Of a stretch of 64,000 nt of DNA, positions 42,527 to 53,265 are shown in pieces. The stretch is from an uncultured Clostridia bacterium (GTDB taxonomy: Bacteria; Bacillota; Clostridia; TANB77; UBA1234). The stretch's first letter is position 1. Each line of letters begins with the position of its first letter. Under the pieces are notes generated by a model. It saw only the letters and a program-made list of their open reading frames with translations. It was not told the origin of the DNA and did not search any database. The stretch covers positions 1,983-65,982 of the forward strand of contig CAKPAA010000006.1 in NCBI GenBank assembly GCA_934132775.1, in the 5' to 3' direction. Made by a program: the position numbers and the translations under genes.

Positions 42527-42650
42527 TTATATTTTTCGAAAAATAAAGAAGATGCATTTTTTTCTACATCTCCTTTGGATTTTCATGTTAAACCATTTAA
42601 ATTTTTCAAAACTAGGCTTACTTTTATAGTTTACTTCTAATAAAATCAGA

Positions 42651-44033
42651 CTAAAACTCACAATTTCCTGGTGTTCTTGGGAATGGTATTACGTCTCTTA
42701 TATTCTCAACACCTGTTATATAGATAAGTAATCTTTCAAAGCCCATTCCAAAACCTGAATGAACACAGCTACCATATCTCCTCAAATTTAAATACCAGTC
42801 TAACTCTTCTGTGTGCATTCCAAGTTCGTGCATACGATTTAATAGTTTATCGTAGTCTTCTTCTCTTTGACTTCCACCCATTAGCTCACCTGCGCCTGGC
42901 ACTTCTAAGTCAACAGCTGCAACAGTTTTACCGTCTGCATTTTGTTTCATATAAAATGCTTTTATATCTTTTGGCCAATTTGTAATAAACACTGGTCCGT
43001 TAAAGTATTCTGTTATATACTTTTCATGCTCTTTCGCAATATCCTCACCATATTCAGGCTTAAACTCCCAATCTACTTTTGCATTTTTTAATATTGTTAT
43101 TACTTCTTCGTGTGTAACTCTCTTAAACTCGCTTGATAAAACTTTTTCAAGTTTTTCAATTAAACCTGGTGCAACAAACTTATTTAAGAAAGTCATTTCT
43201 TCTGGGCATTTTTCTAAAACATATTTTATTATGTATTTAAGCATATCTTCTTCTATGTCCATAACGCCTTCCAAATCGCAAAATGCAATTTCTGGCTCTA
43301 TCATCCAGAATTCTGATGCATGAGTTTTTGTATTTGAATTTTCTGCTCTAAAAGATGGTCCAAATGTGTATGTCCTTCCATATGCCATAGCAAAGGCTTC
43401 TGCCTCTAATTGACCAGTTACAGTTAATCCAACGTGCTTTCCAAAGAAGTCTTTGTCATAACAAACTTTTCCGCTCTCAGCAACTTTGTCTAAATCTAAT
43501 GTTGTGACTTGGAACATTTCTCCTGCACCCTCGCCATCATTTGCAGTTATAAGTGGAGCATGTAGATAAACGTATCCTTGTGACTGAAAATATTCATGAA
43601 TTGCCATTGCTGCAACGCTTCTAACTCTAAACACAGCACTAAATAAATTCGTTCTTGGTCTTAGATATGCTTGTTCTCTTAAAAATTCTATAGTGTGTCC
43701 CTTCTTTTGAAGTGGATAATCACTTGGAGATAAGCACTCTATTTTTACATTAGTAGCTTTTATTTCAAATGGCTGTTTTGCTTCTGGCGTTAACACAAAC
43801 ACACCAGTTACAATTATTGAAGAACTAACTGTTAACTTTGTAAGCTCAGCAAAGTTTTCTAATTTATCTTCATAAACAATTTGTATATTTTTAAAATATG
43901 AGCCATCGTTTAGCTCTATAAATCCAAAAGTCTTTGAATCTCTGGCTGTTCTTACCCAACCAGCCAAAGTTATTTCTTTTCCAGAAAAATTTTCAGATTC
44001 TTTGTATAAATCTTTTACTAACACTTTATTCAT
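42651..44033 (-). CDS. asnS: asparaginyl-tRNA synthetase
   Basis: Class IIb aaRS with an N-terminal OB fold. GGGAGG RBS 7 nt before the ATG giving MNKVLVKD. C-terminal motif 3 GFGMGFERL. Confidence 0.9.
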   Translation of the reverse strand: MNKVLVKDLYKESENFSGKEITLAGWVRTARDSKTFGFIELNDGSYFKNIQIVYEDKLENFAELTKLTVSSSIIVTGVFVLTPEAKQPFEIKATNVKIECLSPSDYPLQKKGHTIEFLREQAYLRPRTNLFSAVFRVRSVAAMAIHEYFQSQGYVYLHAPLITANDGEGAGEMFQVTTLDLDKVAESGKVCYDKDFFGKHVGLTVTGQLEAEAFAMAYGRTYTFGPSFRAENSNTKTHASEFWMIEPEIAFCDLEGVMDIEEDMLKYIIKYVLEKCPEEMTFLNKFVAPGLIEKLEKVLSSEFKRVTHEEVITILKNAKVDWEFKPEYGEDIAKEHEKYITEYFNGPVFITNWPKDIKAFYMKQNADGKTVAAVDLEVPGAGELMGGSQREEDYDKLLNRMHELGMHTEELDWYLNLRRYGSCVHSGFGMGFERLLIYITGVENIRDVIPFPRTPGNCEF

Positions 44034-44176
44034 ATCAAATTCCTCCCTAACGTAAGCATATCGCAATTATATAACAAGGTAACTTAAAAAGCAATATCAA
44101 AAGCTTTCAGCGACAAGAAAACTAACAAAAAAACTAGTCCATCTTTAAGACTAGCTTTCTCATATATTCAATAAAT

Positions 44177-45061
44177 TTAAGCACGTGGGTGTGATTTCAT
44201 ATAAACATCTTTTATTCTATTTTGCTCAATTTGTGCATATACTTGAGTAGAAGAGATGTCTGAATGACCTAACATTTCTTGAATAGCTCTAAGTTCAGCA
44301 CCATTTTCTAATAGATGTACAGCAAAAGAATGTCTTAAAGTGTGTGGCGTAATATCAACATCTATGTTTGCTTGTGTTTTGTATTGTTTAATAATCTTCC
44401 AGAAACCTTGTCTTGTTAATCTATGTCCATTAACATTTACAAACAAAGCTTGGTCATTTTCGTCTTTTAAAAGAATGCTTCTTGATTTATCAACATACTC
44501 TTTTAAAGCATTTACTGCTAAACTTCCAATTGGAATTACTCTTTCTTTATTTTTTCCAACGCATTTAATATAGCCATTATCTAAGTCAATGTCGTTCATA
44601 TTTAAAGAAATAAGTTCTGTAACTCTAATTCCTGTCGCATAAACAAGTTCAAGCATAGCCTTGTCTCTATAACCTTTTAGGTCAACACATTTGGGTTGTT
44701 CTAAAAGCAATTCAACTTGCTCTGAGCTTAAAACTTTTGGCAACTTTCTTTCAATTTTTGGTGACTCCAAATTTAAAGTTGGATCATCAGATATAACCTT
44801 CGTTCTGTGTAAATATTGATAGAAAGAACGAAGTGAAGCCAAGTTTCTTGAAACTGTTGAAACAGCCTTACCGTTCTCTTTTAAACTATCTAAATATGTG
44901 CTTAACTCTGTCTCATCTGCTTTAACTGCATCTAAATTATGAGCATCCAAATAGTTGCAATACAATTTTATATCACGATTATATGATTGTAATGTATTAT
45001 CAGACAATTTTTTATCTTTTTGAAGAAAATCTAAAAAATTCTCAACCAAATTCTTTTCCAT
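44177..45061 (-). CDS. xerD: site-specific tyrosine recombinase XerD
   Basis: RHSFAVHLLENGAELRAIQEMLGHSDISSTQVY catalytic region. N-terminal core-binding domain. Neighbours spoIIM as in Bacillus. Confidence 0.85.
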   Translation of the reverse strand: MEKNLVENFLDFLQKDKKLSDNTLQSYNRDIKLYCNYLDAHNLDAVKADETELSTYLDSLKENGKAVSTVSRNLASLRSFYQYLHRTKVISDDPTLNLESPKIERKLPKVLSSEQVELLLEQPKCVDLKGYRDKAMLELVYATGIRVTELISLNMNDIDLDNGYIKCVGKNKERVIPIGSLAVNALKEYVDKSRSILLKDENDQALFVNVNGHRLTRQGFWKIIKQYKTQANIDVDITPHTLRHSFAVHLLENGAELRAIQEMLGHSDISSTQVYAQIEQNRIKDVYMKSHPRA

Positions 45062-45296
45062 CCCACATACTCCTTTTTTTCTAAGTATTCTACATAATTT
45101 AATTGGTTATTCCCTAGGCTTATGTGTACCATCAGTTATCTTTAGTATATTTCTACGTACCTTAATGTTATTTATTACTTCGTTTTTCGACAAACCTATT
45201 TTATACAATTACATCACATAATGCAAGTATTTTTTTGTAATTTTTTATGTAAAATTTATTTTTTTACAATACTTTGAATTTTAGAAGTTGTTTCGC

Positions 45297-45878
45297 TTAT
45301 CCTCTAAAAAAAACTTCAACAAGAATAGAAATGGCAAACAAAACTAAGGCCACAATCGCAGTTATTGAATGTCTTATAATTTCAACCTTTATATCCTTTT
45401 TATTTCTTAGGACATTAAATGTAACCTTCACAGAGCTTACCGTTAATACAATTATTGCAAGCACAGCAAAGGCAGAATGTAAAAACATATGTCTAAAAAT
45501 AAGCTTATTTCCCGACAAAAAGCCAATATTATATACAACTGTTGACACAGCAAATGAGGTTGAAAATCCTTTCGCCAAAGTATTCAACGCTAAAAAAGGT
45601 GCACCAACAACTGAAATTCCAATAATCCAATATGTAATCAATGTTTTAACATTCTTTAAAAGTAATTTTGAAAGTAGTTCAGATTTAGTAAGCTCAGCTG
45701 TTTCTTGAATTGTTTGAAAGTTGTCAGACAACACAGCTTGTGGTGTATCATTTAAAACTATTCTAAAATATATCGCACCACATATAATCCCTATCAAAAA
45801 TATAATACATACAAAAAAATAAACTTTATAATCAAATGTACTCTTTAAAATCTCTTCTCTCTTTGTATTTCTAAGCAA
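45297..45878 (-). CDS. spoIIM: stage II sporulation protein M
   Basis: 193-aa polytopic membrane protein. Adjacent to xerD as in B. subtilis (ripX-fur-spoIIM). Confidence 0.65.
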   Translation of the reverse strand: MLRNTKREEILKSTFDYKVYFFVCIIFLIGIICGAIYFRIVLNDTPQAVLSDNFQTIQETAELTKSELLSKLLLKNVKTLITYWIIGISVVGAPFLALNTLAKGFSTSFAVSTVVYNIGFLSGNKLIFRHMFLHSAFAVLAIIVLTVSSVKVTFNVLRNKKDIKVEIIRHSITAIVALVLFAISILVEVFFRG

Positions 45879-45951
45879 TGCTTTTTACCTCCATAATATT
45901 TATTACAAAAACTTGTACTAAATATTATGAAAAATAAATTTAAATAAGAAC

Positions 45952-46389
45952 CTATTTAAGTGTTTTTATGGCAGCAACAGCCATTTCATCGCACCTATTG
46001 TTATATTTATTATCACTATGACCTTTTACCTTTATCCACTCTATTTTATGTATCTTCGTAAATTCGTATATTTTCTCCCACAGTTCCCTATTTTTCACAT
46101 TCTGTTTTTCTGCCGTTTGCCAGCCGTTACGTTGCCAATTATATATCCAGCCCTGCTTAAAAGCATTCACTAGATATGCACTATCGCTATATACTTTTAC
46201 GTTGCAAGGTCTCTTTAAAAGAGAAATTGCCTTAATTGGTGCAGTTAACTCCATCTGATTATTTGTTGTATGCTCCACAGCTCCACTTATCTCTTTTATA
46301 ACTCCATTACATATTAAAACAGCTCCCCAGCCACCTTTTCCAGGATTTCCAGAGCAGGCACCATCAGTGTAAATTATAACATCTTCCAT
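45952..46389 (-). CDS. rnhA: ribonuclease HI
   Basis: VIIYTDGACSGNPGKGGWGAVL. Catalytic DEDD-type residues. Confidence 0.9.
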   Translation of the reverse strand: MEDVIIYTDGACSGNPGKGGWGAVLICNGVIKEISGAVEHTTNNQMELTAPIKAISLLKRPCNVKVYSDSAYLVNAFKQGWIYNWQRNGWQTAEKQNVKNRELWEKIYEFTKIHKIEWIKVKGHSDNKYNNRCDEMAVAAIKTLK

Positions 46390-46401
46390 ATTTCCCCCAT
46401 A

Positions 46402-47640
46402 CTAAACAGTAATCATCTGTTTTGTGAAATCTAAATTCATAGTTCTATATTTAGGTATTTGGTAACCCAAAGTGTAGATATTAGTTGCCATTATATCTTT
46501 TTCTAGCATTTTTTTACTTGTTGGATTTGCATTTTTCAAAAACTTGCTAACAGAAGTTACAACTGGCAAATTAGAATTATTATGTATTTGAGAAAGCACT
46601 TTTTCTCCTGTTTTATTAAAGCCAAGTACCCTTATGTATTGTGGATTATATTTATAATTTTCAACATCATCCTTCGTCACATTAAGTAATGTATGAAGCA
46701 AAATTCTTTGAATTCTTGTTCGAGTATATCTCTTAGTTTTTAATACTTCTATAACGTCATCTAATTGCATTCCCTCAGTTGCAGCCTTCTTTAATAGGTT
46801 TTCAATTCCCTCTGTAACATCTGCAATATTAGCAAGTTCATCCGTTGAACATCTTCTTAAAATATACAAAATTTCTTTTTCAAAATTATTTAAAAACATA
46901 GGTGACATACCATCTAAAATTGCATCGTTAATCATACTAAAAGTCTCTTTTGGAACAACTTCCGAAACCTTCTTCAAATCATTTTTATCAAGTAATTCTC
47001 TAACGGCAGTTGCACTGCATATATTGTCTATCACGGCTGTTGAATTATAAGTAGTGCCCTTTCTTTCGATAACCACAGGAGTTATTTGACTATTTGAATA
47101 CAATAATGCTTTTAAATACTCAATTCCAAGTATATTGTTTGAATCTAGTAATATATCTGCAATATACTTCGCATCATACTCTTTTTTCAAAAAATTCTTC
47201 AAAGCATTGCTTCTAGCAATTGGGTATGATGTTCCTCTTTTAAGCTCAGACTGCAAAAGTTTTTTGTAGTTTTCAGGCTCTAAATACAAAACATTAGCAA
47301 TTCTTTTAAGAGCATCTATATCAGTCGTGCTACTTCCAAAAGATATATTTTTAACAACTCCAAGCCCATCTAAAAGTGCAACACTTCCTTGTGCAAAATA
47401 CTCTGCACTAGATGTAGCATAACACGATGGTAATTCAATAACTAAATCAACTCCATTTTTTAGTGCCATCTCTGTTCTCTTCCATTTATCAAAAAGAGCA
47501 GGCACACCACGTTGAATAAAATTACCACTCATTATTGCAACTATCGCATCACAACCTGTTTTCTTTTTAGTTTCTTCTATATGATACGTATGACCATTAT
47601 GAAAAGGATTATATTCTGCAACTATTCCACAAACATCCAT
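46402..47640 (-). CDS. tmcAL: tRNA(Met) cytidine acetate ligase TmcAL (YlbM/UPF0348 family nucleotidyltransferase)
   Basis: MDVCGIVAEYNPFHNGHTYHI (HxGH-like). GAGGTGA RBS 6 nt upstream of the ATG at 47640. Confidence 0.8.
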   Translation of the reverse strand: MDVCGIVAEYNPFHNGHTYHIEETKKKTGCDAIVAIMSGNFIQRGVPALFDKWKRTEMALKNGVDLVIELPSCYATSSAEYFAQGSVALLDGLGVVKNISFGSSTTDIDALKRIANVLYLEPENYKKLLQSELKRGTSYPIARSNALKNFLKKEYDAKYIADILLDSNNILGIEYLKALLYSNSQITPVVIERKGTTYNSTAVIDNICSATAVRELLDKNDLKKVSEVVPKETFSMINDAILDGMSPMFLNNFEKEILYILRRCSTDELANIADVTEGIENLLKKAATEGMQLDDVIEVLKTKRYTRTRIQRILLHTLLNVTKDDVENYKYNPQYIRVLGFNKTGEKVLSQIHNNSNLPVVTSVSKFLKNANPTSKKMLEKDIMATNIYTLGYQIPKYRTMNLDFTKQMITV

Positions 47641-47716
47641 TGTTTTCACCTCATATTTTAGATTTATATAAAACCATTTTACGTACAACTATGTAAAAAT
47701 CGTTACTTGTATTGTA

Positions 47717-48829
47717 TTACTTCTCATTACCTTTATTAGACGTTTCGTCTTCATCTTTCTTTGTATCTTCGTTATGTGTCTCATTTTCGCTAGTCTCATT
47801 ACTTTTATTATCTTCGTTATCAATTTCATTCTCACTATTTACAGTTTCTTCGCCGTCTTTATTAAGTGTCTCCTGACTTTCGTTTTCTTCATCATTAGGT
47901 TGTATATCATTGTTATTGACATCTGTTTCATCCTTTATAGGATTTCCATTCTTGTCCACCTTTGTAACAACGACCTTTGCATTTTTTTTATTTGCATTAC
48001 TCATAATTAGTAAAAAAGCATCTAATTTAACGGCACGTATCGCATAAAATATATAAACATATGAAAGTGCTGATGTAACCATCATTGTGTAAGTTTTTAC
48101 TGAACCAACACAAGCCACTGAAATAGCTTCAAGTAAATATGGCAAAGTCATAGCATAAATAGCTATTTTAAAATAGTTCTTAACATCCAGTCTCATCCTA
48201 AACAAGGCACAAATTATAGAAACCATCAAAGTTATAACAAGTATTTCAAATATTTTTACAAAGAAATACTGCATAAACACTGCAACATACACAGCTAAAA
48301 ACATAATAACTTTATTAGCAAAACTACTATACAATATAGTTATATACGAATACAAAGCCTTCTTATTTAAACTACAACCTAAATCTTGAAAAACAAGCCT
48401 TGCTCCACTGCCATCGTAATTTTCATAAGTTATTGCGTCGCTATTCACAAAAACTCTTGTATCATATCGTGTGTTCTCATTATACTTTTCAGAATTTTTA
48501 TACTCCTCGTAAGTCATAGAAGTATCAATAATAGCAAGAGTATCATCGTCTAATTTAAAGTTCTTCTCTTCTCCAACATTAAGCACACCATTTTGAAAAG
48601 AAAACTCTGGCACCATCATATCATAACTATCCATAAAAGTTTCTATGCCTGAAATCAATGTGCTGAAAGTACAAATAGCCATAATAAAAGTAACTATAAG
48701 AATAAGTTTCAAGAAATACCCAAAACTTTTTGAAACTTTTTCTGTTTTCAATATATACGGATACAATCTAAAATCAGTAATAGCCAAAGCCATTTTCTTA
48801 AAAAAACCTAACTTCTTTTGTTCCTCCAT
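47717..48829 (-). CDS. polytopic membrane protein with acidic low-complexity C-terminal tail (DUF1189-like)
   Basis: Multiple TM helices. C-terminal 90 aa rich in D/E/N/K. Confidence 0.55.
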   Translation of the reverse strand: MEEQKKLGFFKKMALAITDFRLYPYILKTEKVSKSFGYFLKLILIVTFIMAICTFSTLISGIETFMDSYDMMVPEFSFQNGVLNVGEEKNFKLDDDTLAIIDTSMTYEEYKNSEKYNENTRYDTRVFVNSDAITYENYDGSGARLVFQDLGCSLNKKALYSYITILYSSFANKVIMFLAVYVAVFMQYFFVKIFEILVITLMVSIICALFRMRLDVKNYFKIAIYAMTLPYLLEAISVACVGSVKTYTMMVTSALSYVYIFYAIRAVKLDAFLLIMSNANKKNAKVVVTKVDKNGNPIKDETDVNNNDIQPNDEENESQETLNKDGEETVNSENEIDNEDNKSNETSENETHNEDTKKDEDETSNKGNEK

Positions 48830-48883
48830 TTGTTTTCTCCATTCTATATAATAATAATTTCTCTGTTAGACTTTGAAAAAAGT

Positions 48884-49531
48884 TCAACTCCGTTTTCCGG
48901 TTAACACGCCTGTATCCTCTATTCTAACGCCAAAATTGTCCTCTAAATAAATTCCAGGTTCAATAGTGAAAACCATATCTTTTAACAATTCAACATCTCT
49001 TTTAGGAGATAAAACAGGGTCTTCGTGAACCTCTTTTCCAACACCGTGTCCCAAAGCGTGAGCATAATCATAACCAGCATCAATAATATTCTTTCTTCCG
49101 TAAGAATCTGCCACATTTGCCAATGTGCCAATTTTGATCTTTTCAGTAGCATTTTTATGAGCTTCTTTTACCAAATTGTAAATCTTAATTTGCTCATCAG
49201 TTGCCCCACCAACAAATATCGTTCTAGACATATCAGAGCAATACTCATCTAAAACACAACCAAAATCAAGAAGAATAATGTCACGCTCTTTAACTTTATT
49301 CTCAGATGGTGTTGAATGAATTAAAGATGAAGTTTTTCCAGCTCCAACTATTGTATCAAATGAATTTCCAGATGCACCGTTTTTCATAAAAAATTCATCA
49401 ATTTCTTTTGCAATTTGAATCTCAGTCATTCCAGGCTTTATAAAGTGACAAATATGTTCAAAGCACTTGTCCCCCAAAAGAGCAGCCTTTCTCAACTTTT
49501 CTATTTCATCGTTAGTTTTTATCATACTCAT
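48884..49531 (-). CDS. M24 family metallopeptidase (catalytic pita-bread domain only, 215 aa)
   Basis: Metal ligand pattern D...D...H...E...E (ILLDFGCVLDEYCSDMSRT, HGVGKEVHE, FTIEPG, RIED). Confidence 0.7.
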   Translation of the reverse strand: MSMIKTNDEIEKLRKAALLGDKCFEHICHFIKPGMTEIQIAKEIDEFFMKNGASGNSFDTIVGAGKTSSLIHSTPSENKVKERDIILLDFGCVLDEYCSDMSRTIFVGGATDEQIKIYNLVKEAHKNATEKIKIGTLANVADSYGRKNIIDAGYDYAHALGHGVGKEVHEDPVLSPKRDVELLKDMVFTIEPGIYLEDNFGVRIEDTGVLTGKRS

Positions 49532-49544
49532 AAAATCAAATCTC

Positions 49545-50243
49545 CTATATTCTCATCATAAGCCCCATATACCAAGGGAATGTAACTGTGTAAGGCACAA
49601 ACATTGTGAAAATAGCCGCAAGCACTATAAAAGGCCCAAAAGCCATATAATCAGTTGACTTCTTTATCTTCGTTATAAGAAAAAATATACTTACAACTGC
49701 ACCAACAGCAAACGAAATTATAAAAATTTGAATGGTGTTGTAAAGACCAAAAAACAATCCAAGCATTCCCATAAGCTTAACATCGCCTAGTCCCATTCCT
49801 TCTTTTCTATACATAACAAGCGCTAAAAGTGCAATAACTAAAAAAATGCCACCACCAGCGAACATACCAAAAAGCATATCAAGCCCTTTTGCTGTATCAG
49901 TAACCAAAGCAATGTAAGTCAAAATAATTCCAACAACAAATCCAGTAAAATTAAGCCCATTTGGTATTATTTGCGCTTTTATATCAATAAATGCGTCCAT
50001 AATTAGGATTGCTCCAACAAAAGCATAAATCAAAAACTCAAAAGAAATTCCAAACTTAAAAAACAAAGCAATAAACAAAAGCGGAGTGATAATTGCAAGT
50101 TTTACATCAATTTTATTCTTTTGAAACATACCTTTTAAAGTAATCTTCTCTTCCTTGCTAAAAAGTTCAATCAAATTCTTCATAACTGGTGTAATTCCAA
50201 TTCCAATAAGTGCAATAAGCACGTTGCAAATAACAATTTCCAT
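49545..50243 (-). CDS. prepilin peptidase (A24 family)
   Basis: Polytopic membrane protein with EGMGLGDVKLMGMLGLFFG. Confidence 0.8.
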   Translation of the reverse strand: MEIVICNVLIALIGIGITPVMKNLIELFSKEEKITLKGMFQKNKIDVKLAIITPLLFIALFFKFGISFEFLIYAFVGAILIMDAFIDIKAQIIPNGLNFTGFVVGIILTYIALVTDTAKGLDMLFGMFAGGGIFLVIALLALVMYRKEGMGLGDVKLMGMLGLFFGLYNTIQIFIISFAVGAVVSIFFLITKIKKSTDYMAFGPFIVLAAIFTMFVPYTVTFPWYMGLMMRI

Positions 50244-50430
50244 TTTTTACATCCTTTCCAAAATCAAACAAATCAGTCATTTAAACCTATTAGAATATAT
50301 CAATTTTAAACATAAAAGTCAATATGTGATAAGTTCCATTGCATTTTAAGATTCACTATGATATAATTTTACCAGTTTAAAAGTAGTTAATACAGTAAAT
50401 ACTACTTATATACGGATTGGAGGAATTTAT

Positions 50431-50688
50431 ATGGAAATAAAAAAATGTACAAAATGCGGTGCTTTTATTACAACAGGAGCTGACCTTTGCGAAACTTGTG
50501 CAAATAAAGCTACATACAATATGACATTGTTAAAAAACTATTTTGATGAAACTCCAAGTTTCGATTCAATATCTGCAGTTTCTGCTGCAACTGGTGTTTC
50601 TCCAGAGTATGTTGAGCGATATATAAGCGAAAATAATTATCATAATTCAGAGATTAATCCAAACACATTTAGCTCGATTCAATATTAA
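50431..50688 (+). CDS. hypothetical zinc-ribbon small protein (85 aa)
   Basis: GGAGG RBS 8 nt upstream of the ATG. CTKCGAF...CETCANK. Confidence 0.6.
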   Translation: MEIKKCTKCGAFITTGADLCETCANKATYNMTLLKNYFDETPSFDSISAVSAATGVSPEYVERYISENNYHNSEINPNTFSSIQY

Positions 50689-50704
50689 AATTATATCAAG
50701 ATTT

Positions 50705-50734
50705 AAGTGGAGTCGCAGTTAGACTCCACTTTTG
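50705..50734 (+). terminator. intrinsic terminator directly upstream of the tyrS RBS (AGTGGAGTC/GACTCCACT + TTTTG)
   Basis: Perfect 9-bp stem, 7-nt loop. Confidence 0.6.
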
Positions 50735-50769
50735 TTATACACAAAATATATTAAAAAAGGAGAATTTTT

Positions 50770-51972
50770 ATGAAAAACGTATACGATACACTAGAAGAAA
50801 GAGGTTACATCGAACAAGTAACACACGATGGATTAAGAGAATGGTTTGAAAAGGAAAAAGTTTCATTCTACATAGGATTTGATCCAACAGCAGATAGTTT
50901 GCACGTTGGACACTTTGTTTCAGCAATGGTAGCATCACATATGCAAAAAGCAGGACATAGACCAATAATACTAATTGGTGGTGGCACAGGAATGATTGGA
51001 GACCCATCAGGCAGAACAGATTTGCGTCAAATGATGACAAAAGAAACAATAGACCATAACGTTGAATGTTTCAAAAAACAACTTTCAAAATTCGTAAGCT
51101 TTGAAGGTGAAAATGCTGCAATAATAGTAAACAATGCAGACTGGCTTTTAGGATTAAACTACATAGAATTTTTAAGAGACATTGGAGCATACTTCTCTGT
51201 AAACAAAATGCTAACAGCAGACTGCTACAAAAAAAGATTGGAAAAAGGCTTAACATTCCTCGAATTCAACTATATGTTAATGCAAGCATACGACTTTTTA
51301 CAACTGTACAAAAAATATAATTGTAGCTTAGAGCTTGGTGGAAACGATCAATGGTCAAACATCTTAGCAGGAGCAGATTTAATAAGAAGAAAGGAACAAG
51401 CAACCGCATTTGGACTAACCTTCAAACTACTTACAACAACGGAAGGAATAAAAATGGGAAAAACAGCAAAAGGTGCATTATGGCTAGATCCAAATAAAAC
51501 ATCTCCTTACGAATTTTACCAATATTTCAGAAACATTGCAGATGCAGATGTAAAAAATGTAATGTGTATGCTTACCTTCCTACCAATGGAAAGAGTTCAT
51601 GAACTATGTGATGTTGAAGGTTCTGCAATAAACGAAGCTAAAAAAGTTCTAGCATACGAAATAACAAAAATAGTTCACGGCGAAGAAGAAGCTAAAAAAG
51701 CAGAAGAAGCAGCAAACGCACTATTCGGTGGTGGAAACGACTTAGGAAATATGCCAACAACAAAAATAAATACCCTACCTATTTCAGTTGTAGACTTATT
51801 AGTAGCAACAAAAATAGCACCTTCAAAAGGACAAGCAAGAACTTTAATTGAACAAGGTGGAATTTCAATAGACGATGTAAAAGTTACAGACATAAATCAA
51901 ATTATAGAAAAAATTGATGGACACATCATTATAAAGAAAGGAAAGAAAACTTTCCACAAAGTTGAAATGTAA
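50770..51972 (+). CDS. tyrS: tyrosyl-tRNA synthetase
   Basis: HVGH ([10 protein letters not shown]) and KMGKT (KMSKS-type) motifs. C-terminal S4 domain. Confidence 0.95.
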   Translation: MKNVYDTLEERGYIEQVTHDGLREWFEKEKVSFYIGFDPTADSLHVGHFVSAMVASHMQKAGHRPIILIGGGTGMIGDPSGRTDLRQMMTKETIDHNVECFKKQLSKFVSFEGENAAIIVNNADWLLGLNYIEFLRDIGAYFSVNKMLTADCYKKRLEKGLTFLEFNYMLMQAYDFLQLYKKYNCSLELGGNDQWSNILAGADLIRRKEQATAFGLTFKLLTTTEGIKMGKTAKGALWLDPNKTSPYEFYQYFRNIADADVKNVMCMLTFLPMERVHELCDVEGSAINEAKKVLAYEITKIVHGEEEAKKAEEAANALFGGGNDLGNMPTTKINTLPISVVDLLVATKIAPSKGQARTLIEQGGISIDDVKVTDINQIIEKIDGHIIIKKGKKTFHKVEM

Positions 51973-51983
51973 ATAAATCGTTT

Positions 51984-52020
51984 AAAAAGTTCGGGAATAT
52001 TTTAATTCTCGAACTTTTTT
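51984..52020 (+). terminator. intrinsic terminator after tyrS
   Basis: AAAAAGTTCGGGAATATTTTAATTCTCGAACTTTTTT. A second hairpin GAAACACCGGTG...CGGGTGTTTC + T-run follows at 52055-52100. Confidence 0.7.
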
Positions 52021-52468
52021 CAAACATTATATATAAAAAAAATCGATTAAAGAAACACCGGTGTAATTTAGGGGTTACTACGGGTGTTTCTTTTTGGGGA
52101 AATTAACATCAGTCGAAGTATTGCTTATGTTATAGTTATTTTAATAAAAATATATCAAAGCAAAATAAAATTATAATACGATATTTGTCAAATTAAATTT
52201 TATCAATTTCTTTAATCATTGTAAACATATTTTAGATAAAAGTCAATTATAATTTGAGTCAGATCTATTTTAAAAATGAAGATATTCAATTTTTCAAGAA
52301 AAAAAGACTAACCAAAACTCTTTATGCAAAGCTTAAACTAAGCAACAAAGTTTCTGTTAGTCTCCTAATTTCTCTTAATATAATTTATAAATCCCAATCA
52401 CAACTATAAGAACTTATAACTATTTTAATACAAAACATATCTTTAATTTAAAATATGAGTCAGGTTTT

Positions 52469-52870
52469 CTAATGCTCCAACAAATCTTCTAATGTCTTGC
52501 TATCAACATATTCATTTATCACATTATCTAGTCCTTCCCAGAAGTCATAAGTTTTACAGTCATTTTTCTTAACGCACTCTCCCTCTTCTGTTAAGCAATA
52601 AACTGGCGATAAGTCTCCCTCAGATGCTCTTAAAATGTCTCCAACGGTATACTCTTTTGGCTCTCTTGCTAATCTATATCCACCTGCATTTCCTCTTGTT
52701 ACTTCCAAAAAGCCTGCTTTGTTTAAAAGAGAAATTATTTGTTCTAAGTATTTATTTGATATTCCTTGTCTATCAGCTATACTCTTTAAAGATATGTAAT
52801 TACCGTTTCCGTTTACTGCTAGATCTATCATTATTCGTAATGCATATCTACCTTTTGTTGATATTCTCAT
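52469..52870 (-). CDS. Rrf2 family transcriptional regulator (IscR/CymR-like, with Cys ligands)
   Basis: MRISTKGRYALRIMIDLA HTH. Cys at C-x-C...C positions consistent with an Fe-S-binding Rrf2. Confidence 0.85.
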   Translation of the reverse strand: MRISTKGRYALRIMIDLAVNGNGNYISLKSIADRQGISNKYLEQIISLLNKAGFLEVTRGNAGGYRLAREPKEYTVGDILRASEGDLSPVYCLTEEGECVKKNDCKTYDFWEGLDNVINEYVDSKTLEDLLEH

Positions 52871-52902
52871 TTCTTCCTCCTAAAAGTATTACTTTTTCGC
52901 AA

Positions 52903-53202
52903 CTATTCAACTACAAAATTAACAAATTTATTTCTTTTATATGTTAATTTTCCTGTTTGATTTTCTTCATATTGTTCATAAACAGAGTATGTCGTTGCAA
53001 AGATTTTCCTTTTTCCACCTATATCAAATGTTAGTATATAATCTGTGTTTATTATTCCTTGATTTGGATCTGGGCAATATGACGAAACTTCTTTTTTTAC
53101 TAATTTTGCATTAACTGTTTCTTCTGGTGCATTTTCATCCATTCTAAAATTTATTATTATATATGCCAAGAAAGCTACTATTATAAGCCAAAATAAAAAC
53201 AT
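52903..53202 (-). CDS. hypothetical small membrane-anchored protein (99 aa)
   Basis: N-terminal TM FLFWLIIVAFLAYIII. No other motif. Confidence 0.5.
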   Translation of the reverse strand: MFLFWLIIVAFLAYIIINFRMDENAPEETVNAKLVKKEVSSYCPDPNQGIINTDYILTFDIGGKRKIFATTYSVYEQYEENQTGKLTYKRNKFVNFVVE

Positions 53203-53265
53203 AAAATACCTCTTTTCCTCTTTATTTATTTCTCTTACGTCTATTTATACCATAAAAACAGACGA

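Noticed and set aside
41661-42629. 322-aa plus-strand ORF overlapping the GC-rich minus-strand gene 41664..42434
   Set aside because: No RBS or promoter. The minus-strand frame has a perfect consensus promoter, a GGAGG RBS and a downstream terminator. High GC suppresses stop codons on both strands.
52100-52468. Long AT-rich intergenic region between tyrS and the Rrf2 regulator with a distant inverted repeat GACTAAC-N45-GTTAGTC
   Set aside because: The stem is short relative to its 45-nt loop and there is no coding or RNA-family signal. Probably just the promoter/terminator region of the flanking genes.
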